The position numbers and the translations under genes are program-made. The notes beneath the pieces are model-generated. The model was not told the DNA's origin, ran no database searches, and worked only from the letters and a program-made list of their open reading frames with translations. A stretch of 64,000 bases of DNA from Octopus bimaculoides (taxonomy: Eukaryota), in NCBI RefSeq assembly GCF_001194135.2, contig NC_068985.1, positions 56,228,933 to 56,292,932 of the forward strand. The letters run 5' to 3'. Below, piece by piece: positions 12,736-26,510 of the stretch. Within the stretch, counting starts at the first letter, position 1; each line of letters opens with the position of its first letter.

Positions 12736-13113
12736 TCCACTCACTTCATATTTTATTCTCCTGACAAAAATCACTTAAAAAAATGAAAATGAAAAAAAAT
12801 ATGTTGCTGTTACTTTTTGAGTAATTATGCACTTTGCAACTGCATTTCATTATTAATACAAGCCAATAATTCGATTTTCATTTGAAAATATCGAAACTTA
12901 ACGACAATTATCGAACATTTATGATACGTGATTTTCATTTGGATTATGGAAGGCCGTACTAATGGAATATTATGGAAGGCCAGTTTTATCTATAACAACA
13001 AGTTGCATGCCATCACTACGTCTTTTTTGTGAGATTGGCTTGTCAATTCATGCTCGTGTTTGTGTGTGAGTGTGTGCGTGTGTGTGAGTGTGTGCGTGTG
13101 TGTGAGTAGATAC

Positions 13114-13168
<55 letters not shown>

Positions 13169-13332
13169 CACATTCTTTTAGATATTTAGAAAAAATATAC
13201 GACTATGTTGTCTAAATATGTCTGGAACTTGAATAATAAAAATGTTATTTCTATCCTTCAGTTTTCGAAACGATGTCTCCATACTTTAATGGCTTACCAA
13301 AATTTTTTTAATGTTCACCTAATAACTATAAT

Positions 13333-13435
13333 ATATTCTTTTCTACTCTGGGCACAAGGCTCAAAATTTTTGGTGCTTAATTGATCGACCCCGAATGATG
13401 GAAGGCAAAGTCCACCTCGGCGGAATTTAAACCCA
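13333..13435 (-). mobile_element. SINE family B fragment with internal deletion
   Basis: TTCTACTCTGGGCACAAGG...ATCGACCCCGAATGATGGAAGGCAAAGTCCACCTCGGCGGAATTT, the reverse complement of the family-B core. Confidence 0.75.
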
Positions 13436-13534
13436 TCGCCATCCGAATAAATCTTTTTTAAAAACTTTGTTACCTATCGGGTAGGAAAAATAACATTTTT
13501 GAATCGAAGTACAAATTAATTTCCGATATCCAGA

Positions 13535-13536
<2 letters not shown>

Positions 13537-13606
<70 letters not shown>

Positions 13607-13623
13607 ATCTATCTATCTATCTA

Positions 13624-13683
<60 letters not shown>

Positions 13684-13761
13684 CCCACTTGTCTGTCTGT
13701 CTGTCTACCCACCTGTCTGTCTGTCCCTCACTCTCTCTCTCTCTCTCTCCATCCATCTATC

Positions 13762-13799
<38 letters not shown>

Positions 13800-13800
13800 G
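13537..13800. repeat. (TATC)n(TGTC)n(CT)n(TG)n compound microsatellite
   Basis: Directly visible. Confidence 0.95.
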
Positions 13801-14381
13801 TGTGAGTATGTAAGGTATGATGTAATTTGTTTGAAGCAGTACAATGTGAATAAATGAAATAAATGTTTGAAAACGACTTTGAGCAATGCAGGTGAAAAGT
13901 TCAGAAAGATATGAATGTGGTATCAATAAATGAAAGCCAAGAGCTAACCTCAGCGGGATTTGAACTGAGACGGTAGAAAATAAAAACAGGAAGTGGCTGT
14001 AAAATTTCTGAATATCTGTATTTGAATATTTCTCCGTGAAAGTACGCATTATCTGCTGATATCAATGATGGTCATAATCACTCCTCACCAAGACAAAGCC
14101 ACCATCACCAAATCGTGATTTGGTGATTTGGCAATGATCACATGATATATTTCTTAAGAACAAAATTCTGTACAAAACTGGAAAAATAACATCAGGATAT
14201 CTGAGAATTTCCAGTTTGCTACACTGCATTCGTTGCAATGGATACGAAGGTAAATATATTACCTGATCGAAGTAATGATGGATTTTACGCCGGTTTCAGC
14301 GATGAGCGCTCAGTTGTTCTAGCAACGAAGTCGGACCTTTGAATTACAGGCGTAGTTCTGAGAGAGTGAGAAATAGAAAAA

Positions 14382-14384
<3 letters not shown>

Positions 14385-14460
<76 letters not shown>
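14385..14460. repeat. (GA)n microsatellite
   Basis: Directly visible. Confidence 0.95.
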
Positions 14461-14467
<7 letters not shown>

Positions 14468-14778
14468 TCAAGACAAAGAGAAAGAGAGGAGGGGAGGAAG
14501 ACGTACAGGTACAGATGGTAATTTATTCATTGACCACTAAAAAAATTGTAAAAGGCTATGGTGACGTGGGCAATTTCTGAACTCAGAGATTCATGCGCTA
14601 GAGCAATATCACAAAGTATTGTATAAGTCACTATTACGATTGTACAAATTCACACCACCATGCTAGGTAACCGTGTGTCTAATATAACTAATCTTCACTC
14701 AGATTTAATCTCTTAATAAACTAATTTATTACGATTAGCTTCAAAAGAAATGTTTGTTAGCCGACAAGTATAGTCAAA

Positions 14779-14877
14779 GGAAGGAAGAAAGGAAAGAAGG
14801 AAGGAAGAAAGGAAAGAAGGAAAGAAGGAAGGAAGGAAGGAAGGAAGGAAGGAAGGAAGGAAGGAAGGAAGGAAGGA
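14779..14877. repeat. (GGAA)n microsatellite between a SINE's left TSD and its head
   Basis: Directly visible. Confidence 0.95.
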
Positions 14878-14882
14878 TGGAT

Positions 14883-15268
14883 GTGGAGGCGCAATGGCCC
14901 AGTGGTTAGGGCAGCGGACTCGCGGTCATAGGATCGCGGTTTCGATTCCCAGACCGGGCGTTGTGAGTGTTCATTGAGCGAAAACACCTAAAGCTCCACG
15001 AGGCTCCGGCAGGGGATGGTGGCGAACCCTGCTGTACTCTTTCACTACAACTTTCTCTCACTCTTACTTCCTGTTTCTGTTGTGCATGTGATTCAAAGGG
15101 TCAACCTTGTCACACTGTGTCACGCTGAATATCCCCGAGAACTAAGTTAAGGGTACACGTGTCTGTGGAGTGCTCAGCCACTTGCACGTTAATTTCGCAA
15201 GCAGGCTGTTTTGTTGATTGGATCAACTGGAACCCTCGACGTCGTAAGCGACGGATTGCCAACAACAA
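14883..15268 (+). mobile_element. SINE family C, full length, tRNA(Arg)-like head, (AAC)n tail
   Basis: TGGCCCAGTGGTTAGG A-box and GGTTTCGATTCCC B-box; near-identical to 32542-32936; 13-bp TSD ATAGTCAAAGGAA at 14770-14782 and 15268-15280. Confidence 0.95.
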
Positions 15269-16049
15269 TAGTCAAAGGAACAGACTTCGGAAGAATATGT
15301 ACATGTATTCGAACTTGTTCTCTTCTGTTGGTATCCTTGTTTTATTGATCTCAGAAGGACAAAAGGCAAGTTCAACATCAATGAAGGTTGAAAGGAATGT
15401 AGAGGGACAATGTTAAATTAAGTAATCAAAGCTGTTTAGTCCCTCATCACTCTACTGTAATCTATTATTTCAACAGCCCATATAGTAGTTATAATTAACA
15501 ATCAAATTAATATCTTAAATCTAGCGAACTTATTAAAATACCAGCAGTAAATAAGTGAATACCGTTTTATATTATTTTACTTTCGCAATATAGGACGTGG
15601 CAGAGCGGAATTTTAGATTCTATTTACGTCTATTTCCGACAACATGACGACTTAATATAATAAAAGCAACTACATTGGCCTCTTCTTGCCTTCATATTCT
15701 TTCTCTCTTCTATTTATGCATCTCTGTTTATTTCTTCCTCCTCAGTTTTACTCTCTCTGTTTTTCTCTCTGTAAAGCTCTCTTTCTCACAATTCAATACT
15801 GTCCTGTTATCTCAACATTGCTAAATTGTTTTCCCCCAGAGGATCCAAAAGTTCGAGCGTTTTGCATTCAGGGTGTTTGCATTCTGTATTAGATGGATTT
15901 TATCACGGGACGAATTCGCCCCGTCACCAGTGGTACTGTACAAAATTATAGATAGTTTCTCCTCTGCTGTTGACAGTTAATTATCTTAGCCCCGCACATT
16001 ACGCAACGCTGGTTGTTAGTGTATTTAAATCACGGACTTATGTATGTGC

Positions 16050-16053
16050 GTGC

Positions 16054-16140
<87 letters not shown>
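16050..16140. repeat. (TG)n microsatellite
   Basis: Directly visible. Confidence 0.95.
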
Positions 16141-16142
<2 letters not shown>

Positions 16143-18264
16143 GGTGTGTATACGCGTAGGTATGTCATAGAATGAATACGTATAATTTATGTGCATTTAC
16201 CCTAAGTTTATTATGTGAAGGTGAACGTCTGAGTATGCAGGGAATACAGCGTATACAGGAAATTAGTAGGAAGTTGAAAGATCAGTGGTTCACATTCTGG
16301 CTTTTCTACAATTTTTGTATGTCCCGAGTCAGCACATTTGAGCTTCAAATGCAGAACTGACATAATTTTATGCAGATATTTCATTGTGTTATATAATTCA
16401 TGTTCATGTTTTAGGAAGTGGAAGCACTGTAAAATCAACGTGTGTCATCAACTTGCAATGTGGAGTTCGATTCTTTCGTTGACCTGGAAAAGAGACGACA
16501 CTAGGAAAACATTCTAGTTCTCTTGAATAAATACATGAAACGTGGAAGACATCCGGTACCGTTATAGTGTGCACTTGGTGTATGAACAACCTCTCACAGC
16601 TGTTTCGCTGATTGCATTCTAGTGCTTGCCAGAGTCAGAAGATAATCTCAATACGTTGAAATAACAAAAAAATATTTTCAAATGATTCTAGAAATTTCGG
16701 GAATATTGATATTTGAGTCCACCGGACTCAAATATCACAGTTGTTGACCTGTTTTCCTTACATGTCGTTTTGTGGTTTACAATACAAATGTAATTGCTAC
16801 TATGGCGGATAGTAACATCTTGGAAGCTGGGTAGATTGTAATGTTTTTACTTATTTAATCCCAGGTCTGAGGACGGCAAGTGACGCAAGTACACATCGCT
16901 GTTAAACATGAGTATTTTAGAATAGATGGCAATGAAAATCACTATTGTTGCTGATTAATTGGCGAGGGTTTTCATCAGCGCCATCTAGACAAAAATAGTT
17001 GAAACAATAGATGAAGTGGTTTCTACGCCACAACAGATTAGCCTAGCTTAGTCTAGATTAGTCTAGTTCATAACAATATATTATGTATTAATGGAAATTT
17101 AGAATACCTAGGGTCTCACACCCAGCTTTTGCATACATGTAAAAACAACCTTAAAAACAACAAAATAAGCCAATTATCCAATTAATATAAGTCTCTTACA
17201 ATATTATCTCAGATATATAATTGCTATCCTATTTTCTTTAGATTTCTTTGTGTTTTGTTTGTTATTTTAAAGTTCAAATTTTTTAAAGCTTGTTTTTCCA
17301 TACTAGCTTGGCTTTGACGAAAATCTATTATGTTTTACAGCCGAATGCCCAACCTGTCGCTAACATTTATCTGTCTTTCATATAAGGAAACGCATATTCA
17401 GTACTTCCTCGAAAGCACGGAACCAGCAGACGATCTATTGAGGTGTTTTCCATGCGAAGCACACAGAATGTAAACATTCACACCAACACACTCGTACAAG
17501 CACACATTTCCCACCATACTCTTACACATACAGATATACACAGGTTTTGTACAGTTGTCGTCTACCAAATTCCCTTATAAGGTATTGGTCGTCGCAGTAC
17601 TGCAGTAAAAGACACTTTCCCAGCTGCTGTTTAGCCTCAGGTCAGTCCAAACCAAGCCAACCCTTGGTCAAAAATGTTCCAGCTGTGACTTTCCTGTCTT
17701 TTCTATATTTAGGATTACTTTGTCGTATGTGCCATCCCGTTTTCAAGGCAGTAGGATATGATTTGAGTGAAATTTGGTTGCTATTTTTAGCAAAACGAGC
17801 TATCACATAGAGAGCCCTTCATCAACTGTAAGAGCTGCTCGTCTGCTTTCTTTGTAGGGATTTTCATTTTGGGATTACAAAAGAAAAAAGATATTTCCAA
17901 AGTTCTGCCCAGTTATTGGAGAATGTTTGAAGATAATTTCTAAAACATATCATAAAAGAAAAAGAGAAAATGAAGAAGAAATTAAAAAAAAAATGTTGAA
18001 AATGCAATAATGAAAATTTCATATTCTTCAATGAAAAAATGAATTATCAAATATTTCTCCTCACATGCCCTTGTATTTTAAAATTTCAATAAACAATGGC
18101 ATTATTTAATAAGAAGCCATAACAGGTTCATTGTTCCGTAAATGGAAGCAAGAAACCGTATTGAAGAAAATTCTTAGGAAAAATGAGAAAGAATTAAGAA
18201 ATGGTGCGTGAATATTTTGACGGTTAAATAGTGGGAAGTACTTAACCAACGTAATAGTGTTTCA

Positions 18265-18388
18265 CTCCTACCAGCACCAACACCACCAGCACCACCAGCA
18301 CTACTACCACCACCAGCGCCACCAGCACCACCACCAGAACCACCAGTACCACCAGAACCAGCATCACCACCACCAGCACCACCAGCAC

Positions 18389-18423
<35 letters not shown>

Positions 18424-18465
18424 CCACCACCACCACCACCACCACCACCAACAACAACAACAACC
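18265..18465. repeat. (CAC/CAG/CAA)n trinucleotide tract
   Basis: Directly visible; no flanking coding context. Confidence 0.9.
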
Positions 18466-19319
18466 TTCTGTGTCTCAATGTCTTTTGTCTCTCTTTTTAT
18501 ACATTCCTTTCAGTTCATCTTCTGTCTCTATTACCTTCCAAATTCTTGATCGACAATCTATATTTCTATTTTAAGGACATCTCTTTCATCTCAACTTCCT
18601 ATCTCCCTCTCTCTTACCTTATCTCTTTCCCTTTCTCCCTCTTCAAATCCCTTTCTCTTTCTCTCATCTCAACTCTCTATTTACGTCATCAACTTATGTG
18701 ACTTCAGTATAATACAATTCCTCTTGATTCTAGTCTTCCTCCTTCACCAACTCCACCGCAGTAGATGCCATATTGTTTGTCATTCTCAACTGCATAACAT
18801 CAGGTAGTACCCATGCTTATCCATATCCTTCAACGACATATTATTTATCTGGTTCTGCAATCACACACAACATTCAGTCATTACTAATTATAATACTCAC
18901 CTTCACCGTCATATCTTCTGACCACACACATCGTTTCCTTATACACAACAATCAACCCACGAACATCTTATTCTTTAATGTTAAATAAATGACTGGAACA
19001 TTACAAGTTCTTTGCCGACTAACACTGGTAGCAAATGCTTAAGAGTTGCATCCTCTTTCAACCCATTCCAGAGGGTAAAGCAGTAATTGAAACAATCCTT
19101 TCAGTTATTTTTATACATGTCTATTACGAAACAAAAGTTCACAACGCTTGGCTGACAATATTTTATTCTCAGCTGTACTATATCAGTGCATTCAAAGAAT
19201 AAATTATGAAAAGTATATAGCAAATGGGTAGTGTTCATTCCCCCTCATATTTCTAATGTAGATTGATTACATATTGTAAGGTTCAGGCATGGCTTTGTGG
19301 TGCAGGTTTGACTTTGGTG

Positions 19320-19790
<471 letters not shown>

Positions 19791-20047
19791 AGGACCTACT
19801 AAGTTCTTCAGCGAGGTGCCCCTCGGTCACTTATACGCCTAGGAATTGGGCAGCCACCTCTAAGAGTCCTAGGACTCGAGGCAGTAGTGTTCAGGAGTTA
19901 CTTTGCAAGACTAAGACTGGAAAAACAATGTCTTCGTGCAGTCTATGAACTCTACTGTTTGGTTCCTTGACAAAAGTGTTGTGTGGCAGTGGTGTGAGTT
20001 TGTGTAACGTGACAGTGCAGTTCTGAAGTGTGGTGGTATAAATTACA

Positions 20048-20290
20048 GGTAAATTCACCGCCATCAATTCACCACTGGGAAAGTTCACCACCATCAATTC
20101 ACTGTGAAGAAAGTTCACCGCGAGGAAAGTTTACCAAGAAAATATATCCATAGTATCTCACTATTAATAGTTAAAATTATTTTATTGAAACCCTCACCAC
20201 CAAAAAAAAAAAAACAAAACAAAAAATCAGAACGGTGAATTGATGACGGTGAACTTTCCCTGTATTGAATTTATGACCTTGAACATACCG
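20048..20290. mobile_element. Foldback/MITE-like element with reiterated GAAAGTTCACC(R)CCATCAATTCAC subterminal motifs
   Basis: 20077-20102 is the near-perfect inverted complement of 20234-20260; the motif is repeated 3-4 times on the left. Confidence 0.6.
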
Positions 20291-20407
20291 GACATGGGTA
20301 GTATAGTGTGGAAGTGTAAAGTTTGACACTGTAGTGAGGAAGTGCAGTGTTAGTAGTGTGTAGTAGTGCGATTGCTAAGTGTGCAAATATAATGTGATAG
20401 TGTAGAT

Positions 20408-20661
20408 CAATGATTCTCAACTGAGTTCCACGTGAACCTTGGTGATCCATATAAGATTTTTTTTGCTAAAATTTGTGCAATAAATTGCTTATACTTCTTC
20501 AATATACGAAAATATTTTAACAATTTTTTAATGCTATTCTTCTAATACTTAATTCTAAAAATTAATGAGATTTAAAAAAATATCAGTTGGCTATGAGGGT
20601 CCACCCAAATAAAATAGGAAATGAAGGGGTCGATAGGGAAACAAATGGTTGAGAATCACTG
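20408..20661. mobile_element. hAT (Charlie-like) MITE
   Basis: 14-bp TIRs CAATGATTCTCAAC / GTTGAGAATCACTG (1 mismatch); 8-bp flanks GTGTAGAT and GTGTGGGT (6/8 match) fit a decayed 8-bp TSD. Confidence 0.8.
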
Positions 20662-21532
20662 GTGTGGGTAGTAACATAGCTTGGTAGAATAGTATGCGTG
20701 TGCTTGTGCGGTGTAGTAATGTAGTGAAGTAGTGTCAGTGTATTGATATTGTGGTGGTGTAGAATGATGGTGTAAGGTCATTTAATTTAAATGTATATGT
20801 AATCTAAGTACACTGTCTTGTATAGCAATGTAGTATGGGCATATAGTATAGTTGAATAGTGTGGCGCACGGTGTGGTAACGTAATGCGGTTGCGTGATAT
20901 AGTTACGGAGGTAATAGCATACAAACTTCTACTGCAAGACTAAATAACTTGATTTGAAATGGAATAAAATTTATAGAAGCGAGTTAGTAAGTAATATTAG
21001 ATAACAACATAGACCAGTATTGTCTCAGAGCCGTTGTCTGAAAGATTTTAGATGTTAGACGATGTATAATTATAAGGACGTGTTGTGAGTGCGACAAAAG
21101 AATCTTGAGATTAAAATGGATGGAACATCCGCAATAAAGAAAAAAATAATTCATATTTTCGCCACATAAATATGCTGTAGGTGTCTCTTGTCTTCAATCA
21201 GTTGAAGTTAAAAAGGAGTGCGAGTAAAGTACTTACAAATTAGACAATACTTAATATAAAATGAAGGAAGAATATTCTAGAAGACTTCAATAGAAAATTT
21301 TGAATTTATTGCTTAAGTGTTAGGATGGCAAGCGATTTAGAAATATCGATTTTGCATTTTATTTAAGAAATATATCGATAATGCATAAAAGTAACACATT
21401 GGGTTATAGAATCGACAGTAAAGTTTTCTTATTCGTGTAGTCATTCATCAATTTTCACTTCCACAGTGGAATAAAGGTACTTGAATTCGAAGTTCTACAT
21501 TTTTAACGATTCTGTCATAACCCAAGAACACA

Positions 21533-21589
<57 letters not shown>

Positions 21590-21635
21590 AAGAGAGAGAG
21601 AAATAGAGAGAGAGGGAGAAAGAGAGAGAGAGACT
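21533..21635. repeat. (GA)n microsatellite
   Basis: Directly visible. Confidence 0.95.
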
Positions 21636-22514
21636 CACCTATACTATATGAACTTACTACATCACTACACTATGCTTGTACTACACATCCAAAATTCACG
21701 ACCACGTTACACGGCCATATCATACTATCACACTGCCACACCATACTATCACATTACTGTAAAAACGTATGTCACTATTTACATACATTCAAGGGAATAA
21801 AATCATCGAGATTCAAACGTCTCTCTTGTTTTTGTTGCTATTTAAAGAAAGATTCAGTGGAGTAAATCCATCTGGTTCTCACTCTATTAAAACTTCGTTA
21901 ATGGCTGAATATTACAGTCTTCTTACTTCGTATTGTTTTAATTTGTCTTTTAAAGTTTTGTAATATCAATTCTTTCACACAATAGCTCATTCCTGTTCTC
22001 TAAATAATCTGATCTCTAAGTCTTTGGTGTTAAATTCCTTATCATGATTTTCACAGAAATTCCCTCTTTGGCAATTCACTTATAAAATTCGACAAACTTC
22101 TATAATTTTGTGCTAAGGATTCTGTCCAATTATGACCCACTTATCTAGTTTATACGGAACGTGATGTAACAAATATAAATTGCTTTCAGAGCCTGGACCT
22201 TTGCTGTAAGGAATAGTGTTTCTGTTTTAGGCTTCCAATCTGATTTTCTTGTTTGTAATTATAATTTAACTTCTACAAAATTTTAATTAGCATTCAAAAT
22301 ACCCTTAGTATATTTCTCAAATTATTGATGAATATTAATTAGTGAGGCCAGTTAGATAAACTTGGATTCCTGAGACATGGCTAGCTTGAACAATATGAAT
22401 GCATGGATTCTAAAAACTTAGACACACTCGTCAGACGCGGTCATTAAAACAGGAAACCACTGCATTCTAGAAAAATTTCTATAAACTTTCTATTGAGCGG
22501 CGATTCAAATTCAT

Positions 22515-22660
22515 GGGTGTAGGCAAAGTCATATGGTTAAGGATTTCACTTCATAACAACATAGTTTCGTGTTCGGTTCCACTGTATGGTATTTTGCTCA
22601 AGTGTCTTCTACAATAGCATCGGATCGCCAAAACCTTGAGAATGGAATTTGGCAAATGAG
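22515..22660 (+). mobile_element. SINE family A, degenerate head
   Basis: GTTCGGTTCCACTGTATGGTATTTTGCTCAAGTGTCTTCTACAATAGC...AAAACCTTGAGAATGGAATTTGG. Confidence 0.6.
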
Positions 22661-22920
22661 ATGGAAAAGGAGGGAGTGAAACAGTTGATTCTGAAGGATA
22701 GAAATCAATATAAATCACGGTGTGGAATTGACCGAATTAACTATTTCGATAACATTTAGATTATGCATTAAATTGCTCAGGTGTAGGCTTCTCTTCTTGG
22801 CCCTTGTACGCCTTCTATTTTAGTTTTATGTTCTTTCTGGCCATCTACGCTTTTCTTTGATATTTCTTATGTCTCAGCTTCATTTCCATCGTCAGAAAAT
22901 AGTGGGGTGGTATTACTGAA

Positions 22921-22961
<41 letters not shown>

Positions 22962-23027
22962 NNNNNNNNNNNNNNNNNNNNNNNNNNNNNNNNNNNNNNN
23001 NNNNNNNNNNNNNNNNNNNNNNNNNNN

Positions 23028-23079
<52 letters not shown>

Positions 23080-23129
23080 AGGGTGTGTGTGCGTGTGCAT
23101 GTGAGACCTTAGTTTCTCATTCATCGACT

Positions 23130-23900
23130 TCCTGGTACTCACTTGGAGATCAAAGCAAGGTGATCTCATCTGCCGTTTCAGTCCATGCTTCTCTTTCGAC
23201 TTCTCTAGATCATCTGGATAAAAAAGTCATTAAACGATCCTTACTGCTATATAAAACTCTGCTGTCACATGTTTAGCATCTGGAAATTCTGCCGTATATT
23301 ACCAGTCTTGAAGACCATCTATCAGTACATGCTACGGGACAGCAATTCTGGAATCCCTTTGTAGTTTACAGAGTTATCAGGATTTGTATGTTCACAGAAA
23401 CCCCTTACAACTCAATATTATTAAGGGCCACATCAACACACACCATTTCCCCATATTATTCCACAAATTGACACTGAGCTAAGGGACGATGCCGTTTCCG
23501 ATATAGCCATATTTACGAGACAAGGAAACTAGCTGCCCTTCGTCTGGCAAAGAATGGGTGGTTTGCTGATCATCTGAATAAAATACAGCTGATCGCAGGA
23601 TCTGCTTGACACATGATAGCAGCTCTTCAAAACAAACCTGCGGATCATTAAAACACAGATAATGTACAAATGTGTATAAGACGATTCCCTCATCTTGCAT
23701 TCATCTTGATTAGATTCGGCTGCTGGCATTTCCGTGCTTGTAGACTTTGCTATAAACTGGTGATTCTTTCCACTTCACTCTTTGGTCCAAACATTTTGGA
23801 AATTGTCCATAATCAAACAACCTGAATGTTATTTAGAAGAGACTGTTCAAACTATCCTGATGAAACCTTAGAGTAGTTCCCAGACCATAGACGCTCTGAG
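23130..23900 (-). mobile_element. Possible highly decayed APE-type LINE (L1/Tx1-like) endonuclease region
   Basis: Only short, weak translated resemblances (GEMVCVDVALNNIEL; RLVIYG) among many stops. Confidence 0.25.
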
Positions 23901-24684
23901 GGATTTGTTGCTGTGACTGCATTATTTAGGTATATCTTCCAACTTTTGTGGTTGATAGGAAATCATATTCGTGATATTCTTTGGATGCCTGTAGTAGAAG
24001 TTGTTTTTGTTGCTGTAGCTGTGGCTACAGCACTCCAACTATTGCTGTTTGTTCTGCAGTGTCCTAATATGTTATGTTGTAATTTGTTGTAAAGCGTTTC
24101 AGAGAGCAAGATGAAAAATGAAAGACAGCTTGGTTAACCACTGTACCTGTCTCCCGTCCCAGTCGTCTTGATCTAATCTTTCCCCTGGATTGAAGGTGGT
24201 CATGGACGAGAGAGTGAAGTTGACGTACATAATTCTTTTTCTCTTTAAACAGAACCAAGAATGACTAGAAGGTCCTAGTCACTCCGACGGACGAACGTGT
24301 ATAGTCTACTGTGTTTTGTTGCGTTCCGTATAGTTTAGAAATATCCTGCCCATACTTTTGACTGTCAGCTAATAACTTTATTCACGCACTCTCTCTATGT
24401 TTTAGCCATACATTCTTCTCATAAATATATAATTACAATGTTAAGTTTATTCTTTGAAACATACACATAAACACACAAACACGCATGAACACACATACAT
24501 ATTGAAAAGAATATATCAATTAATATTTGATTACGTGGGTGTCATAAATAGTGTCCATTGATTAGATATTCATACTAAAAGGTGACTCTCAATGAATAAT
24601 TAACCCTGTTTATTGTAATTTCCCACGTGTGCGTCTGTGTGTTATTCTGCAGTGTGTTTCCTAGAATATTTACCATGCTATAGT

Positions 24685-24830
24685 GAAGGCAAGTGGCCTC
24701 ATGGTTAGAGTACTGGCTTCACAACCATAACGTCTTCAATACCTGCTCAAGGCAATCTGTTATATTTTTGAGTAAAATACTTCATTTCATGTTGCTTCAG
24801 AGTCCTCTAAAAAGAATGTTGGCCAAGTGC
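24685..24830 (+). mobile_element. Degenerate tRNA-derived SINE head (another family)
   Basis: GTGGCCTCATGGTTAGAGTACTGGCTTCACAACC...TTTTTGAGTAAAATACTTCATTTCATGTTGCT. Confidence 0.5.
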
Positions 24831-24839
24831 TGGTTCAAC

Positions 24840-25215
24840 TATCTCCCTCTCTTTTTCCTCCCCCTCTCTCTCTTCCCCCTATCTTTTCCCTTCCTCTCTC
24901 TCTTTTCCCTCCCCTCTCTCTCTTTTCCTTCCCCTCTCTCTTTTCCCTCCCCTCTCTCTCTTTTCCTTCCCCTCTCTCTCTTTTCCTTCCCCTACTCTCT
25001 CTTTTCTCCCCCCCTCTCTCTATATATATACATACATACACNNNNNNNNNNNNNNNNNNNNNNNNNNNNNNNNNNNNNNNNNNNNNNNNNNNNNNNNNNN
25101 NNNNNNNNNNNNNNNNNNNNNNNNNNNNNNNNNNNNNNNNNNNNNNNNNNNNNNNNNNNNNNNNNNNNNNNNNNNNNNNNNNNNNNNNNNNNNNNNNNNN
25201 NNNNNNNNNNNNNNN

Positions 25216-25274
<59 letters not shown>

Positions 25275-25290
25275 AATACACACACACACC
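24840..25290. repeat. Pyrimidine-rich quasi-repeat, then gap and (CA)n
   Basis: Reiterated CTCTCTCTTTTCC(C/T)TCCC units. Confidence 0.9.
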
Positions 25291-25293
25291 CAT

Positions 25294-26209
25294 ATAGGCT
25301 GATCAAGATGCTCTCCTGCAATGTGACCAAATGGGGTTTATTTTTCAACACAGTCCCCTTTGCAGTCTACACTTCTTTCATCGGTGTTGCAGTGCTTCAA
25401 TCCAATTGGTAAAGAAGCTTCATCCTGTTGCTTAAAAACGTTAACAGCAGATATGGCGTCACCATTACGGTGATACTGGTTCTCAGCCAAGTGTTCTTTC
25501 ATGTTAGGGGACAAATGATATTCAGATGGGGCCAAATTAAGAAAATAGGGACAGTGATCGGCCAAATTAAGAAAATAGGGACAGTAATCGACCAATTCAA
25601 AGCTACAGTCACGCACAGCAACCATTCAAAGTAAGAACTTGTGTGCTGGTTCATTGTCCTCATGAAACAAGACCCCCTTTCGTCAGTTTTCCTGGGCGTT
25701 CGGTCTTGATATCCTTTTGTAATTGCCTCAGCAAGTTGGCATAGTACTTTCTACAGATGGTGTGGTACTTTTGAAGATAGGCAATAAACACAATGCTTTT
25801 TACATTACAAAAACTGAGGTTATCACCTTCCCTGTAGATAAAACGACCTTCGCCTTCTTTAGTGCAAGTGAAGAGGTGTGTTTCCACTGCATGGATTGTC
25901 TCTTTGTCCTTCACTCAAAGTGATGAATCCAACACTCATCCTGGCTTAGGAAACATTCAAGGAAACCATTTGGATGTGACTCAGTGTCAGATTTTCTCGT
26001 GATGTGATTAGCCTGTTGCGCTTTTGATCAGGTGTCAGAAGATGTGGCAGAAACCTTCGTTATGCCAAGTTCGTTGTCCAGAAAGATCTCAATTTTCTTA
26101 CAGAATATGCTAATAGCATTGGCTATTTGATTTATAGCCAATCGCTTGTCGACCATCAGCATGTGGTGAACAGGATCAATGTTTTCCTCCGTGGTGGCAG
26201 TTGCAGGAC
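25294..26209 (-). mobile_element. Mariner transposon remnant (irritans/Himar-like), 5' end lost
   Basis: Minus-strand translation RPATATTEENIDPVHHM..., KSIVFIAYLQK...YYANLLRQLQKDIKTERPGKLTKG, LAPSEYHLSPNMKEHLA, CKGDCVEK-stop; frameshifted. Confidence 0.92.
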
Positions 26210-26252
<43 letters not shown>

Positions 26253-26399
26253 GGCACAAAATCTAAAATTACAGGTAAAAAACTCAATTAAAATCAATTT
26301 ATAAAAAATTAAAATTAAATTGAGCCTTATAGATAAAGTATATATATGTGATAGTGGATTTTCATCGATGAGTTCTTGAAAATTGGTTATTTTCCCTAA

Positions 26400-26402
<3 letters not shown>

Positions 26403-26468
<66 letters not shown>

Positions 26469-26510
26469 TGTATGTATGTATGTATGTATGTATGTATGTA
26501 TGTATGCATG
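26403..26510. repeat. (TA)n(TATG)n microsatellite
   Basis: Directly visible. Confidence 0.95.

Noticed and set aside
14104-14127. 11-bp inverted repeat ATCACCAAATC-GT-GATTTGGTGAT
   Set aside because: Short, with no associated element; plausible by chance or local slippage.
14883-14960. tRNA-like sequences here and at 32542, 37081 and 49088
   Set aside because: They are SINE or Pol III heads without a complete cloverleaf or acceptor stem, so not tRNA genes.
18257-18574. PolyH/polyQ ORF resembling a transcription-factor low-complexity domain
   Set aside because: Starts at GTG, has no recognisable domain or splice context, and is a simple CAC/CAG tract.
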